Shown: positions 1 to 10,654, counted from the first letter of the stretch. The stretch: DNA of 27,737 nt from Acaryochloridaceae cyanobacterium VAR_48_metabat_390 (GCA_031422435.1 JANPLU010000097.1:1-27737), one strand, 5' to 3'. Numbers and translations are program-made. The notes: generated from the letters alone by a model not told the origin.

Positions 1-137
1 TGTCGATCGGGATTTCTTGCTGGTATAAAAAATACTGGGTTTGGTTGCACTTGTCCAGTAATCTTCCACATAAATTTGCGTCTTAAAACCGCCAGAAGTG
101 TTAGTATACCTAGGAATATCTAGGAGAGTTGCCCCAG

Positions 138-743
138 ATGCTGAATTTTTTGAAACAGGTCGTAGACTACGGCAAAGAAGCTGTGCAGTCTGCCAAATAC
201 ATTGGCCAAGGCATGTCTGTCACCTTCGATCACATGCAGCGACGTCCAATTACCGTTCAATATCCCTACGAAAAGCTGATTCCCTCAGAGCGCTTTCGAG
301 GCCGGATTCACTTTGAATTTGACAAGTGTATTTCTTGCGAAGTGTGCGTGCGGGTTTGCCCCATCAACCTGCCCGTGGTGGATTGGGAATTTAATAAAGA
401 GCTAAAAAAGAAGCAGCTTAAGCACTACAGCATTGATTTTGGGGTCTGCATCTTCTGTGCCAACTGCGTCGAATACTGCCCCACCAACTGCCTTTCGGTG
501 ACAGAAGAGTATGAGCTTGCTACTTTTGATCGTCACGAGCTGAACTTTGACAGCGTGGCAATGGGTCGCTTGCCCTACAAGGTTACGGACGACCCAATGG
601 TGACACCCATCCGAGAATTTGCGTACCTACCTGTTGGCGTAATGGACGGGCACGACTTGCCCAAAAATCAGAAGAGAGCAGGTCAGCGCCCTGAAGAAAT
701 TGCCCAGGCTTCTGAGCCGAAGAAAGAGGAGAGTGCCCCGTGA
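138..743 (+). CDS. ndhI: NAD(P)H-quinone oxidoreductase (NDH-1) subunit I
   Basis: Two 4Fe-4S motifs ([24 protein letters not shown]) and [11 protein letters not shown]138 with AGGAGA at 122-127 is preferred over the track's TTG129. Confidence 0.97.
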   Translation: MLNFLKQVVDYGKEAVQSAKYIGQGMSVTFDHMQRRPITVQYPYEKLIPSERFRGRIHFEFDKCISCEVCVRVCPINLPVVDWEFNKELKKKQLKHYSIDFGVCIFCANCVEYCPTNCLSVTEEYELATFDRHELNFDSVAMGRLPYKVTDDPMVTPIREFAYLPVGVMDGHDLPKNQKRAGQRPEEIAQASEPKKEESAP

Positions 744-1336
744 ATTTGGCTGAAGGTGTTCAGTTTGTCTCGTTTATTATTTTAGCGGTCATGATGCTTG
801 GCGCAGCGCTTGGCGTGGTGCTGTTTGACAAGATTGTCTACTCTGCCTTTTTGCTGGGCGGCGTGTTTATCAGCATCGCGGGGATTTACCTGCTTCAAAA
901 TGCGGACTTTGTAGCCGCCGCTCAGGTGCTGGTTTATGTGGGTGCCATTAACGTCCTCATTTTGTTTGCCATTATGTTGGTGAATAAAAAAGAAGAGTTT
1001 GCCCCTGTCCCCAGACGCTGGATTCGCAAAGGGGCGGCAGCGTTTGTCTCGGCGGGGTTATTTTCGCTGTTGACGATTATGCTGCTTAAAACAAACTGGA
1101 AGGTTGATCTGTCGGTCACGCCTCTCGCTTCGCCCATCCAGACGATGGGTGAGCATTTCTTTAGTGATTTTCTGCTGCCTTTTGAGCTGGCCTCTGTTTT
1201 GCTATTGATGGCGCTGATTGGGGCGGTGGTTCTCGCCCGTAGAGAGACGGTGATGGGCGAAGAAACAGCCATTATTGGCGAAAATCCTGCCCCTGCGCTA
1301 GAGCTGCCGGAACGCCCCCGTGAGCCTGTTGCTTAA
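740..1336 (+). CDS. ndhG: NDH-1 subunit G (NuoJ/chain 6)
   Basis: Hydrophobic protein with [20 protein letters not shown] and [16 protein letters not shown] overlap with ndhI. Confidence 0.96.
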   Translation: MNLAEGVQFVSFIILAVMMLGAALGVVLFDKIVYSAFLLGGVFISIAGIYLLQNADFVAAAQVLVYVGAINVLILFAIMLVNKKEEFAPVPRRWIRKGAAAFVSAGLFSLLTIMLLKTNWKVDLSVTPLASPIQTMGEHFFSDFLLPFELASVLLLMALIGAVVLARRETVMGEETAIIGENPAPALELPERPREPVA

Positions 1337-1396
1337 GCTATTTTTAGCCTGGTGATTTTAGCTTGATATTTTTTGTTTGATATTGGGAATGCCCCT

Positions 1397-1702
1397 ATGC
1401 CTTTACAATTTTTCCTGATTATTGCGGCGGCTCTGTTCTGCATTGGCATTTATGGTCTTGTAACCAGTCGAAATGCGGTGCGGGTGTTGATGTCGATTGA
1501 GCTGCTGCTGAATGCGGTCAACATGAATTTGATTGCGTTCTCTAACTATTTAGATCGCCAAGCCATTAATGGTCAGGTCTTTTCAGTGTTTGTGATTACG
1601 GTGGCAGCGGCAGAAGCAGCCGTAGGTCTTGCGATTATTCTGTCAATTTATCGCAACCGCGACACGGTAGATATGGAGCAGTTTAATTTGCTCAAGTGGT
1701 AG
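1397..1702 (+). CDS. ndhE: NDH-1 subunit E (NuoK/chain 4L)
   Basis: [30 protein letters not shown] and C-terminal FNLLKW. ATG1397 chosen as start. Confidence 0.96.
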   Translation: MPLQFFLIIAAALFCIGIYGLVTSRNAVRVLMSIELLLNAVNMNLIAFSNYLDRQAINGQVFSVFVITVAAAEAAVGLAIILSIYRNRDTVDMEQFNLLKW

Positions 1703-1722
1703 TTGAAGGTTTTCTTTTTTGC

Positions 1723-1760
1723 AAAAGTGCCCAGAAGCTTGAGCCTCTGGGCACTTTTAT
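1723..1760. terminator. Bidirectional intrinsic terminator between convergent ndhE and the GH57 gene
   Basis: AAAAGTGCCCAGA (1723-1735) and TCTGGGCACTTTT (1746-1758) form a perfect 13-bp inverted repeat with T-tracts on both strands. Confidence 0.85.
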
Positions 1761-1777
1761 TTAAGTCTTTAAGGGAA

Positions 1778-4540
1778 CTAATCACCCAGAACTATCTTGG
1801 CTGGCGTTGGTTTTTGGGCGATCGCATAATTCAACAGCGCCAGCCAAGGCTGCATATCGATGGTCAAAAGCTGTCCTAGCTTTAGAAAAGGACGAATACT
1901 GAGGCTTTCTTCTGGAGCAGACATATCATTGCTGACCGATAAGTGCAGCATGGGCGAACCATCCACTGGCAGTGAAATCGTTGCCACCTCAAGCTGAAGG
2001 ACATGAGTGACCCAGCGCTTTTGAAGAAACTGAATATATAGCTCTTGGAGCCGATCTTCTTGAGCCTTTAAGCCTAGACGACGTGACAGCTTAAGCAGGT
2101 CGATAAAGTCACGCAGCAGCGCTGGGTTGCTGTGGTAGAGTGATCGCCACAGCCAAGTATTCAACAGCTTATTGATGGGCGAAACCATCCCCTCTAAACT
2201 CAGGTGACAGCCGAGGTGCTGTGCTTCGGCAGCGATCGCCGTCAGTTCTGCCATCTGGACGCGATAGTTTGGATCAGTCCCTGCGCTGTCTAGAGTTAAA
2301 AGCAAAGATTGAATGGTTTGAGTGGCACGATGGCCTAGCGCTACCTGAGCCGCTACTAAAAGCTCTTGGGGAGCCTCTAGTTCATCGCGGCAATAGGCGG
2401 TCAGTAGGCCATAGTTATCGCGGTAGACCTGGGTGTACATCTGGGCAAGGCGCATACGCGTGGCCTGAGACAGCATGTCTAAGAGCTGATGACGGTCCTC
2501 TGCAAACAGGTTGTGTATGCCGTAATAGCGATCGCCAAAGTATTGATTCATGACCAGCACCAGTCGCGGAACGCTGGCCTGCTGTAGCTGCTCAAACAGC
2601 GCCTGTTTGAGTGCTGTATGGTAAGGGCGACCCGTAAAGGGCTGAATCACGCAGTGAAAATCCCAGCCGCCCATGTGCAGCACTGCAAAAATGACCTGAA
2701 CAGACTCACCCGTGACATCTGCGGTGAGCTGAAGATGACCCACAGCTAAAGCTAAATTGCCCATCCGGTGCGTTTCACAGTCCCACTGGTGCGTTTGGTA
2801 GCCGTAGGTTGAATAGTCTTCTGGGTAAGCCCGAAACAGCGAACTCATAGCGTAGTTTGCTACCACCTGATGGAACGTAACTTGAGACGGCAGCACCAAC
2901 TGACGATATACGCCTGCCCCATTCTCAAACTGCTCTACGTTACTGGGTGCCAGCGCTAAGCGCCCCATAAATTCTGGCTCTAGATTTGTACCAGAGACTT
3001 GCTGTGCCAGGGCGATCGCCCGCGCCGCGTAGCGCAAAATCTGAACCCCTTCTGGACGCGACAGCTCCTCAAAAAACCAGCCGCAGCTCGTGTACATCAG
3101 GAGTGCGTAGCGCTGAATTTCAAGAAGGCGTAACGCATCGACCTGCTCAATGGCAGACAGAGGATGGTGCTGGTGATGTGCCAAAAACCGATCTCGTGTC
3201 TCTAAACTAGTGGGCTGAGTTTGAGCCAATAGAACAGCAATATAGTCATTGCGTGCCGCCCACGGATCTCGAAACAGCATCTCGCCCAGTTCGGCATGGA
3301 TTTGAGCGAGGTGATCTCGTAGCCAGTCTAGGGAATCCCGTAAAGGCCGCCGCCATTTCTGGTGCCACACGCCGCCTTCCCCACCGCAGCCGCAGTCTTC
3401 TTGCCAGCGATCAACGCCGTGGGCGCAGCTCCAGGCCGTAACGCGCTTAATTTCAACTTCCCAAGTGGAGGGGTGCAGGCTCAGGAAGTGGGCAAAGTTT
3501 GTAATCGTCCAGCCGCGTTGGGGCAGCACATGGCGGAACCCATAGGCGAGGGATTTTTCGGTGTCGCGCTTATGGTGCCCAAAGGTTTCCCCATCGGTGG
3601 CAATGGAAATAAGCTGGGCTGTATTACGGTCGTGCCGCACGGCCTGACCGACTCGACTAGCAAACTGCTCGGAGCTATTGAGCACATCTTCAAACCCCAT
3701 GCCCCTTGAAATAGGGCCATCGTAGACAAAGATGTCTATGTAGTCACGGTTGCGATCGCCCCCTGCCAAAAAACAGCGATAGGGTCGAGTAGGATCAATC
3801 TGTCCGCCCCCTACGTCCTGCCAGGGGTAGTCCATTCCTTGAGGATGGGCCTCTGGGGCAATGGGTCGGCACCGCTGCACTTGGGAAGGTGCTAAAACAA
3901 TAAACTTGATGCCTTCTGCAATGAGCACCTCTAGAGTGGCATAGTCTACAGCAGCTTCTGCCAGCCACATGCCTTCGGTTTCGCGGTTAAAGCGAGCCTG
4001 AAAGTCAGCCTTGCCCCAGCGGATCTGGGTAACTTTATCCTGGTGGTTAGCAAGGGGCAAAATAATGTGGTTGTAAACCTGAGCGATCGCATTGCCGTGA
4101 CCATTCAGCCTCAGGCAGCTATTGCGATCGGCTTCTAGAATGCGCTGATAAACCTCTCCGTCGTGCTGCTCGAGCCAGCTCATTAGGGTGGGGCCAATAT
4201 TGAAGCTCAAGTATTCAAAATTATTGACGATTTCTACAACTTCGCCCGTTTCGTTAAGGATGCGAGCAAAAGCATTGGGGCGGTAGCATTCGTGGCAGAT
4301 GCGCTCATTCCAGTTGTGAAACGGGGCTGCACTAGACTGCCGCTCGATGGTGCCAATGTAAGGATTTTCGCGAGGGGGCTGATAAAAATGACCGTGCAGC
4401 GTGACGTACACGCCTTGGGAGGCTTCGGTCGATAGGGGTTGCGCAGAAAACTTTGGTGATCGGAGAGGGTCTGTGGGGCGCCGATCTGCCTGGGTATTCA
4501 GGTTTTTTAAGAGCTGTAATGTATTGAACTGTGCTTCCAT
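1778..4540 (-). CDS. GH57-family glycoside hydrolase with DUF3536 domain
   Basis: HGHFYQPPRENP, YNHIILPL, GMWLAE, TDGETFGHH, AWSCAHG and MYTSCGWFF motifs. ATG4540 is the likely start (track start 4618). Confidence 0.88.
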   Translation of the reverse strand: MEAQFNTLQLLKNLNTQADRRPTDPLRSPKFSAQPLSTEASQGVYVTLHGHFYQPPRENPYIGTIERQSSAAPFHNWNERICHECYRPNAFARILNETGEVVEIVNNFEYLSFNIGPTLMSWLEQHDGEVYQRILEADRNSCLRLNGHGNAIAQVYNHIILPLANHQDKVTQIRWGKADFQARFNRETEGMWLAEAAVDYATLEVLIAEGIKFIVLAPSQVQRCRPIAPEAHPQGMDYPWQDVGGGQIDPTRPYRCFLAGGDRNRDYIDIFVYDGPISRGMGFEDVLNSSEQFASRVGQAVRHDRNTAQLISIATDGETFGHHKRDTEKSLAYGFRHVLPQRGWTITNFAHFLSLHPSTWEVEIKRVTAWSCAHGVDRWQEDCGCGGEGGVWHQKWRRPLRDSLDWLRDHLAQIHAELGEMLFRDPWAARNDYIAVLLAQTQPTSLETRDRFLAHHQHHPLSAIEQVDALRLLEIQRYALLMYTSCGWFFEELSRPEGVQILRYAARAIALAQQVSGTNLEPEFMGRLALAPSNVEQFENGAGVYRQLVLPSQVTFHQVVANYAMSSLFRAYPEDYSTYGYQTHQWDCETHRMGNLALAVGHLQLTADVTGESVQVIFAVLHMGGWDFHCVIQPFTGRPYHTALKQALFEQLQQASVPRLVLVMNQYFGDRYYGIHNLFAEDRHQLLDMLSQATRMRLAQMYTQVYRDNYGLLTAYCRDELEAPQELLVAAQVALGHRATQTIQSLLLTLDSAGTDPNYRVQMAELTAIAAEAQHLGCHLSLEGMVSPINKLLNTWLWRSLYHSNPALLRDFIDLLKLSRRLGLKAQEDRLQELYIQFLQKRWVTHVLQLEVATISLPVDGSPMLHLSVSNDMSAPEESLSIRPFLKLGQLLTIDMQPWLALLNYAIAQKPTPAKIVLGD

Positions 4541-4649
4541 AGATACGCAATAATAGGGTCTTATGAAGCTCAGCGCTAGAGCTAAAGCCGTCCTTAGGGC
4601 ACCGTAGACGATCCCCACTCAAGCGGGGCAGTTTCTCAACAGAAATTCA

Positions 4650-5693
4650 TTATTTTTTTAGAACCTGGCAAAGTTTTTCATTTTGTGCGTCGGTACCAAT
4701 GGTGATGCGTAACTTATCCGAAACGCCAGGGAGGTTAAAGTGTCTAACCAAAATGCCTTGGGCTTTTAAGTGCTGCTGGAGCGCAATTGCTGATATCTTT
4801 TGCAGCGGCTGCACCAGCAAAAAATTGCCCTCCGAAGGCCAGACCCGAAACCCCAATTCAACTAGGTTTTGATGCAGGGCTGCACGCGATCGCAGGATCT
4901 TTTGCACATTCGTGTTTTTATGAGCTTGGTCGCGGATGGCTGCCGCTCCGGCAATTGCGGCGATCGCATCTACGGCGTAGCTATCTTTGATTTTGTTGAG
5001 ATTTTGGATCAGGCTGGGGTGAGCAATGGCAAACCCCAGCCGCAGTCCTGCTAAGGAATAGCCCTTTGACAGAGTTCTTAGAACAATCACGTTGTGATGG
5101 TGCCGAACCAGAGGCAGCGCGGTCGCATCGGTAAAATCTACATAGGCTTCATCAATGACCAGCAGCCCCTGAAGGTTGGCGGCAAGCGTTTCTAACGCCT
5201 CTACTGAGACCACATTTCCAATGGGGCTATTGGGGGATGCAATAAAAGTAACGGCACCCTGAGCGTCTAAGATTTCTGTAAGCGGAAAAGTAAAGGCTTC
5301 ATCGTAGGCAATTTCAATGGGCTGGGCTTCTTGGATTTGCGCCACGGTGCGGTACAGCACATAGCTGGGCATAGGGTAAACAATCGCTGCCCCTGGCTCC
5401 ACGACCGCTCGCATAATCAGGCTAATCAGCTCATCACTGCCGTTACCGACGGTAATCCAGTCTAAGGGGATGTTGAGAACTTCGCTAGCGGATTGACGAA
5501 AGGCGATCGCCGTGGGGTCTGGGTAGCGTCTGAGCCATTCTGGGTCAAGGGTTTGCAGCGCTCGAAACACTTCGGACGAGGGTGGATACGGATTTTCGTT
5601 GGTATTGAGCTTAATGATGGGGCTACCAGGCGGCGGCTGTTCGCCGGGGGTATAGCCCGCAACAGATTGGAGGTGCTTACGAAGAAAGGTCAT
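4650..5693 (-). CDS. hisC: Histidinol-phosphate aminotransferase
   Basis: KLNTNENPY, GNGSDE, IDEAY and the PLP lysine motif RTLSKGYSLAGLRLG. ATG5693 chosen as start. Confidence 0.92.
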   Translation of the reverse strand: MTFLRKHLQSVAGYTPGEQPPPGSPIIKLNTNENPYPPSSEVFRALQTLDPEWLRRYPDPTAIAFRQSASEVLNIPLDWITVGNGSDELISLIMRAVVEPGAAIVYPMPSYVLYRTVAQIQEAQPIEIAYDEAFTFPLTEILDAQGAVTFIASPNSPIGNVVSVEALETLAANLQGLLVIDEAYVDFTDATALPLVRHHHNVIVLRTLSKGYSLAGLRLGFAIAHPSLIQNLNKIKDSYAVDAIAAIAGAAAIRDQAHKNTNVQKILRSRAALHQNLVELGFRVWPSEGNFLLVQPLQKISAIALQQHLKAQGILVRHFNLPGVSDKLRITIGTDAQNEKLCQVLKK

Positions 5694-5840
5694 TGATTTA
5701 GCACATGCTGTCTGTACTGTAGCGAAACCGTAAAGCTGCACACCTTTAGGCAGAGCATAATAATAGCCTGCTTACTGGCAGCCCTTGACGTCGTCCGTTA
5801 GACTGCAAGGTATTCTAAGTTATTGATTAGCGTTGTCTTT

Positions 5841-6296
5841 GTGCTGCACTTTAGAAAAACCAGTTTAGTCAATGCTTCGCCTGAAATTGTGTGGCGATTC
5901 CATGAGCGCCCCGATATTTTGCAGATTCTCACCCCGCCCTGGCAGCCTGTGCAGATTATCCGGCGAGAGGGCGGATTAGACGTTGGTGCCATCTCTGAAT
6001 TTCGGTTGTGGATTGGTATTGTGCCTGTGCAGTGGGTGGCGGTGCATACTGCCTGTGAGTCAAACCACTACTTTGTAGATGAACAGCAAACGGGGCCAAT
6101 GGCCTTCTGGAAGCACCGACATCAGTTTGAGGCTCAACGTGATGGCACCCAAACCCTACTCACTGATGCCATCGACTACGCACTACCTGGCGGTGAGCCA
6201 ATCGAGCAACTGCTGGAGTGGTGGGTGAATAAACGCCTGTCGGATATGTTTGACTACCGCCACCAAGTCACGCGGCAGAATTGCGAAACGCTTTGA
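5841..6296 (+). CDS. SRPBCC (START-like) family protein
   Basis: VWRFHERPDIL..LTPPW, FVDEQQTGPMAFWKHRHQF and MFDYRH. Probable GTG start at 5841. Confidence 0.85.
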   Translation: MLHFRKTSLVNASPEIVWRFHERPDILQILTPPWQPVQIIRREGGLDVGAISEFRLWIGIVPVQWVAVHTACESNHYFVDEQQTGPMAFWKHRHQFEAQRDGTQTLLTDAIDYALPGGEPIEQLLEWWVNKRLSDMFDYRHQVTRQNCETL

Positions 6297-6586
6297 GAAA
6301 ATGGGCACCCTTAACAAAAGATTTAGGGAGGATTCACCAGAAAATCAGCTTGGCTCACTAATGCGCTGCATCTCACAAACGGTGGATGACCGTAAGCCTG
6401 TACCTGAGAGGGCAAACCGCTGGGCGACCGAGGCGATGTTTCATAGCCTTTATTTGAGCAGCCTTATGCTCAGGGTTTGAGTCAATACTTTTGCCAAAGT
6501 AGATGCTCCCTGTGTCTATCCATGTAAAACTTCTAGCAGCGCTTCAGGACCTACTCGCATTAAAACAAGCTTGGTCAATCAATACA

Positions 6587-7171
6587 TTAAACGCGTTCAA
6601 AGAGATCAAGTCGATATTTTAGATTTTGTTGACACTGCAAATGTCGAATTTGTTTTGGCACACATGCGAGAAACAAATCATGGACTTCATGTCCCGTCAG
6701 AGGATAATCGGGCGATCGCGGTAGCCAATGAACTAAAAGTAAGTGTCCACCTGGCTTTAGCAGATCGAACATTCGCTGCTGGGCAATGCGCAGATCTGCA
6801 TGACACCAGTAGTACCCCACTTCAGAAACCAAGATAAGGTCAAACGTTTCGTGGGGATACTCATGGGGAAAATTCATCAGCGCAAAGCGAACGTGGGGGA
6901 TCTGCTGACATCGTTGAATAGCCTGCGCTTGGGCGGCTTCAGACACATCAATGGATAATACTGAATCACAAACTGTTGCTACTTTTTGAGTTAGAACGCC
7001 AATAGAGCCGCCAATTTCTAACGCCGAACGATAGTTAGGCTTCGGTAAGGCTGCAATGGTTGCTGCATACTTCTCGGCTTCATAGTCGCTTGTGGCGAAC
7101 TTCCACGGATCTGGGTCAGTTTGATAGAGGGCATCAAAGTAGCTGGGCGGTAAAGATTGAGAGGAATTCAT
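6587..7171 (-). CDS. NodS-like class I SAM-dependent methyltransferase
   Basis: YFDALY..DPDPW, ALEIGGSIG (motif I), FDLILVSEVGYY and LKPGGHLLLVHW. Confidence 0.88.
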   Translation of the reverse strand: MNSSQSLPPSYFDALYQTDPDPWKFATSDYEAEKYAATIAALPKPNYRSALEIGGSIGVLTQKVATVCDSVLSIDVSEAAQAQAIQRCQQIPHVRFALMNFPHEYPHETFDLILVSEVGYYWCHADLRIAQQRMFDLLKPGGHLLLVHWLPRSPDYPLTGHEVHDLFLACVPKQIRHLQCQQNLKYRLDLFERV

Positions 7172-7174
7172 GGC

Positions 7175-7924
7175 TTAAAGATTCTCTTCTAGATAAATTT
7201 CCCAAGGGTGAGCAAAGTTACTCAGCATTTGCGGCGTAAGGCGAAAGCCATTTGGATCATCATCAATGAGATTAGTTGTTTGAGAACGATAGGCGGCGAT
7301 CGCCTGGCGCTTTAGCGCTACGACTTCAGAAATATCTAAGCGCCATGGACGGTAAAAATTTTGATTGCGTAACTGTCGCTGTCGTGGATCCCAATCCCAA
7401 ATGGGATACTCAATGACTCTAGGGGAAAGCATAGTCTGCTTCACCGCAGTAGCAACCAATTGCCACGTTGCGCGATGGTCAGGATGTGGGTCAGTTCGCC
7501 ACGGCGCAAAGACAATTTTAGGGTTTACTGACCTGAGATAGAGGTAGCATTCATTAACGACAGCTAGAAAGTCTGGGGATTTAGCGTTAGGGATTGCGCC
7601 ATCAGGCAACTGCAAGAAAGAAATGTGAGAAGGTTTAACCCCTAGCATTGCCATAGCACAACGAGTTTCTGCTTCCCGTAGCTCTTTAAGAATAGGGGCA
7701 GGATATTTAAGAGAGTGGGGATGAGACTGGGTGCCGTCGCTCACGACTAATATCTGCACGGTGTGACCTCGCGATCTCAATAGCGCGATCGCCCCCGCAC
7801 ATCCGAGGGTTTCATCATCCGGATGAGGCGCTACAACCAAGACAGGCTCAGCAGCAATGTCCTCAATGGAGTACAAAGACAAGTCTAGCGGTCGCGCTAG
7901 GGGCGAGCAGTCAGTGGGGTTCAT
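7175..7924 (-). CDS. PIG-L/LmbE-family Zn-dependent deacetylase
   Basis: APHPDDETLG, SDG, DPHPDH and K..AI.AY.SQ motifs. Confidence 0.92.
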   Translation of the reverse strand: MNPTDCSPLARPLDLSLYSIEDIAAEPVLVVAPHPDDETLGCAGAIALLRSRGHTVQILVVSDGTQSHPHSLKYPAPILKELREAETRCAMAMLGVKPSHISFLQLPDGAIPNAKSPDFLAVVNECYLYLRSVNPKIVFAPWRTDPHPDHRATWQLVATAVKQTMLSPRVIEYPIWDWDPRQRQLRNQNFYRPWRLDISEVVALKRQAIAAYRSQTTNLIDDDPNGFRLTPQMLSNFAHPWEIYLEENL

Positions 7925-9167
7925 GCCAAGTTAAGGAACGCAGGTGAGGATGAGAGAATGCATACTTGCCAACAGACTGAAGGGTGATATCAAAACAAGG
8001 CTGTCGCAGGTAAAGGCTTAGATCTCGAATGATGCGCTCCATTGGGTGGGGCGGCAAAAGACCGCGAGTGCCAACGCAACGCTCACAAAGCTGAATGACA
8101 TCCATGCATATTTCTTCGATGGCGGTTCTTGCCATATTGACGTAGGTGGTGAGGTGATGACCGTTTGGAGATTGCTGATGGCAATCTCCCCCAAAGGTCG
8201 GCGCGTAATTTGCAATTAAATCAGCCGCGCCTTTGAGCCAAAGGTTGCCGCTCTCAATGGCGATCGCCATTTGTCCCATTCGAGCTTCTTGGTAAGGGTC
8301 GTTGGTGCGGTTTAGATCGTGGAGATACTGACGGGTTGCGTCAAAGAGTGCTTCTGCACCCCCTAGCTGAACCGCTACAAAGCGAATGGCACCCGCTGAA
8401 AGCCACGGCTGTCGATTGTAATCTTCTGGCCCTGCAATGATTGAGCCAGCATCTAGCTCCACATTGCTAAAGTCCACCTTATAGCTGGCGGTTGCTTTCA
8501 TCCCAGAAGGCTGCCACCAGTCTGGATCATGCTTCGTCTCAACTTCTTCCATCGAAACGAGACACATTTGCCAACGACCATCCGGCAAAGTGCCGTTCAC
8601 AAAGGGTCGCTCTACATAACCCGCACCAGAACAAAAGGTTTTACTTCCCTGAAGTTGATAGCGTTCATTTACCAGGGGAATGATTTTAACGCCATCATTA
8701 GCCTCAGCATTCCAAACCCCAAAGATTTTGTGCAGATCACGAGCGTCACGGGCATAGCGCTCAATCTGCGATCGCGTGCCAAAGGTTTGAATGAGCTGAA
8801 GCGCATTGACATGCCCTTCAAAAATTCGTCCCACGGCTAAGTTGCCCCAGCCAATTTTTTTGAGCAGCAGCAGCATCTCATGAGTAAGACTTGCATCCAT
8901 TCCCAAGCCAAGGCCACCCCATTCAGGCATCAGAGGGGCAGTAAGCAGCCCTGCTTGAGCAAGTCGCCCAAATTCCTGGATAGGAAAAGCCCCATGATGG
9001 TCAATTGCCGCCGCATTTGCCGCACAATAGCCTGCAATTTCATCTCCACAGGCCAAACATTCCGTCAGAGATTGCTGCTTTGAAACGGCTTTGGATGAGG
9101 GATGTCCAGAAAACCTGCCCATCGGCTCTACCCTTAGATTCTGAATATTTTCAGTTACAGCGGTCAT
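7911..9167 (-). CDS. Acyl-CoA dehydrogenase-fold flavoprotein (possibly a flavin-dependent monooxygenase)
   Basis: GRIFEGHVNAL, GSKTFCSGAG, W..SGMKATAS and ERIIRDLSLYLRQP. ATG9167 has an upstream GGGAG; GTG9221 is an alternative start. Confidence 0.85.
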   Translation of the reverse strand: MTAVTENIQNLRVEPMGRFSGHPSSKAVSKQQSLTECLACGDEIAGYCAANAAAIDHHGAFPIQEFGRLAQAGLLTAPLMPEWGGLGLGMDASLTHEMLLLLKKIGWGNLAVGRIFEGHVNALQLIQTFGTRSQIERYARDARDLHKIFGVWNAEANDGVKIIPLVNERYQLQGSKTFCSGAGYVERPFVNGTLPDGRWQMCLVSMEEVETKHDPDWWQPSGMKATASYKVDFSNVELDAGSIIAGPEDYNRQPWLSAGAIRFVAVQLGGAEALFDATRQYLHDLNRTNDPYQEARMGQMAIAIESGNLWLKGAADLIANYAPTFGGDCHQQSPNGHHLTTYVNMARTAIEEICMDVIQLCERCVGTRGLLPPHPMERIIRDLSLYLRQPCFDITLQSVGKYAFSHPHLRSLTWHEPH

Positions 9168-9231
9168 ACACAAAGATCTCCCTGTTCGACAGACTTCAAA
9201 AACCGTAGCGAAGGACTTCACGTTCAGTGAA

Positions 9232-10452
9232 CTACCGTGGGCGAAGCCTTTGCAGACGAATGCTTAAATCTGCGATCGCCTCTTCCAAATTGACCAAAGG
9301 CCAGCGTTTCTGCCAGAGACCATCCTGCTGTTGACGGGTTTCAACGCGTTCAAACATTAGATCAAAAGACTGGGGCTGAATCAGTTCTGCCCATAGCCAC
9401 TGTGTGCTAACACCTAACGTGTTTGCATAGGTGGCAACATCTTTGGCGCTGTGTCGGTAGCCATTCAGAATACGTCGCCACAGGTCACGCAGATGCTGCC
9501 GCGTTGTAAACCGTGTTTCAATGGCGTGAGCAGACTCTACTAGAAATGCCTTCTGCTGTCCCATGGTTTCCCACGCGTTAAGCTGAGCCGCAAACCCACC
9601 TTCGACTCGCACGGTTTGGCGCGCTGAAGTAGTGACTTGCACCAATGGACTATGGCGAAACCGAGCGCCCACGCTGAGCAATGCCTGATAGAAGGCAACA
9701 TCTTCCGGTGTTTTGACAGCGGGCATTCCACCCGCTTTTTTGTACATCTGTGCCGTCACTGCTAAACTTGCGCCATAGTGCTGAGCATGACGAGGCCAAT
9801 CATCGTGAGGCGTTGCGTCTAAGTAGGCTTCTAGCTCAACCATAAGCTGGTGATAGTAATCTCCGCGCAGGTAGCGCATTTTGACCTGCGGGTCTAAGGC
9901 TTCACAGCTGGTGCTATCCGCAATAATTCTGCCCCCTACTGCATCTACACCCCGTGATAACTCTAATTGTGTGGCAGCAATCCAAGTGGGTGATACTTGG
10001 GTGTCTCCATCGGTGGATGCAATAACGCCATGTTTTTTACTTAGCCCCGCTAAACCCAGATGAGCTAAACGATAGTAGGCTTCATCCATCAGCATTTGCC
10101 GAACTCGACCAATGTAGGCTTCGGATGATGGAAGCGTTTTTTCGATCACGTGGAGCCTAAAATCTGGATTCTGCTGCGCGAAACGACGGGCGATCGCAGC
10201 AGAGTCATCAGTACAGTTATTGGCGAGCAGAATTACTTCATACTGCCTATAGTCTAAAGGCTTACCTTGGAAATCTATCTGACAGGCTAAGGCTTTTAGA
10301 CAACGTTCTAATAGATCGGCTTCATTCCGCACAGGAACGATAACACACACTTCACATTGATCTAACGGCTCGACGCGAACTAAATATTGTTCGCCTATTT
10401 GCTTTGATAAGTGAAAGCCCAGATCAATATTATATAAACAACTATTGTTCAT
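9232..10452 (-). CDS. Family 2 glycosyltransferase
   Basis: VIVPVRNE, NNCTDDS, DxD motif STDGDT, GGM..VKTPED and VTTSAR. Confidence 0.9.
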   Translation of the reverse strand: MNNSCLYNIDLGFHLSKQIGEQYLVRVEPLDQCEVCVIVPVRNEADLLERCLKALACQIDFQGKPLDYRQYEVILLANNCTDDSAAIARRFAQQNPDFRLHVIEKTLPSSEAYIGRVRQMLMDEAYYRLAHLGLAGLSKKHGVIASTDGDTQVSPTWIAATQLELSRGVDAVGGRIIADSTSCEALDPQVKMRYLRGDYYHQLMVELEAYLDATPHDDWPRHAQHYGASLAVTAQMYKKAGGMPAVKTPEDVAFYQALLSVGARFRHSPLVQVTTSARQTVRVEGGFAAQLNAWETMGQQKAFLVESAHAIETRFTTRQHLRDLWRRILNGYRHSAKDVATYANTLGVSTQWLWAELIQPQSFDLMFERVETRQQQDGLWQKRWPLVNLEEAIADLSIRLQRLRPR

Positions 10453-10494
10453 AGAAATTTTTTAAATTAAAAATTCTTTATTTAATTTGTGTAA

Positions 10495-10538
10495 AGCTTA
10501 TCAATCTAAAAAAATAAATAAATCTGCCTTCTGGAAGA
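10495..10538 (-). promoter_or_regulatory. Putative activator-dependent promoter of the GT2 operon
   Basis: Minus strand: palindrome TCTTCC-AGAA-GGCAGA (10538-10523), then 22 nt, then TAAGCT (10500-10495). Confidence 0.6.
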
Positions 10539-10654
10539 TTAGTCAATTTACAATTATTAAGATATTTTTAACTGTATCTATTAGATAAATTCTTAAATAG
10601 CATTTCTGGATAAATTTTAGTATTGCTTATGGTCTAGCTTAAGCTCATCCGGCA

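Noticed and set aside
1..137. No ndhA immediately upstream of ndhI
   Set aside because: The window edge is too close; ndhA may end just outside it.
2221..3729. Several short track ORFs overlapping the GH57/DUF3536 gene, and similar shadow ORFs inside hisC, the ACAD gene, katE, gap, pstS, acr3 and ald
   Set aside because: These are antisense or alternate-frame shadows of well-supported genes and carry no recognisable motifs.
6297..6586. 290-bp gap with a small hairpin (TGAGCA-N6-TGCTCA, 6455-6472), a GGGCAAACC motif and short ORFs, considered as an sRNA or c-di-GMP riboswitch
   Set aside because: The rest of the riboswitch consensus is missing, and the gap lies between convergent 3' ends. 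An Infernal/Rfam scan would settle it.
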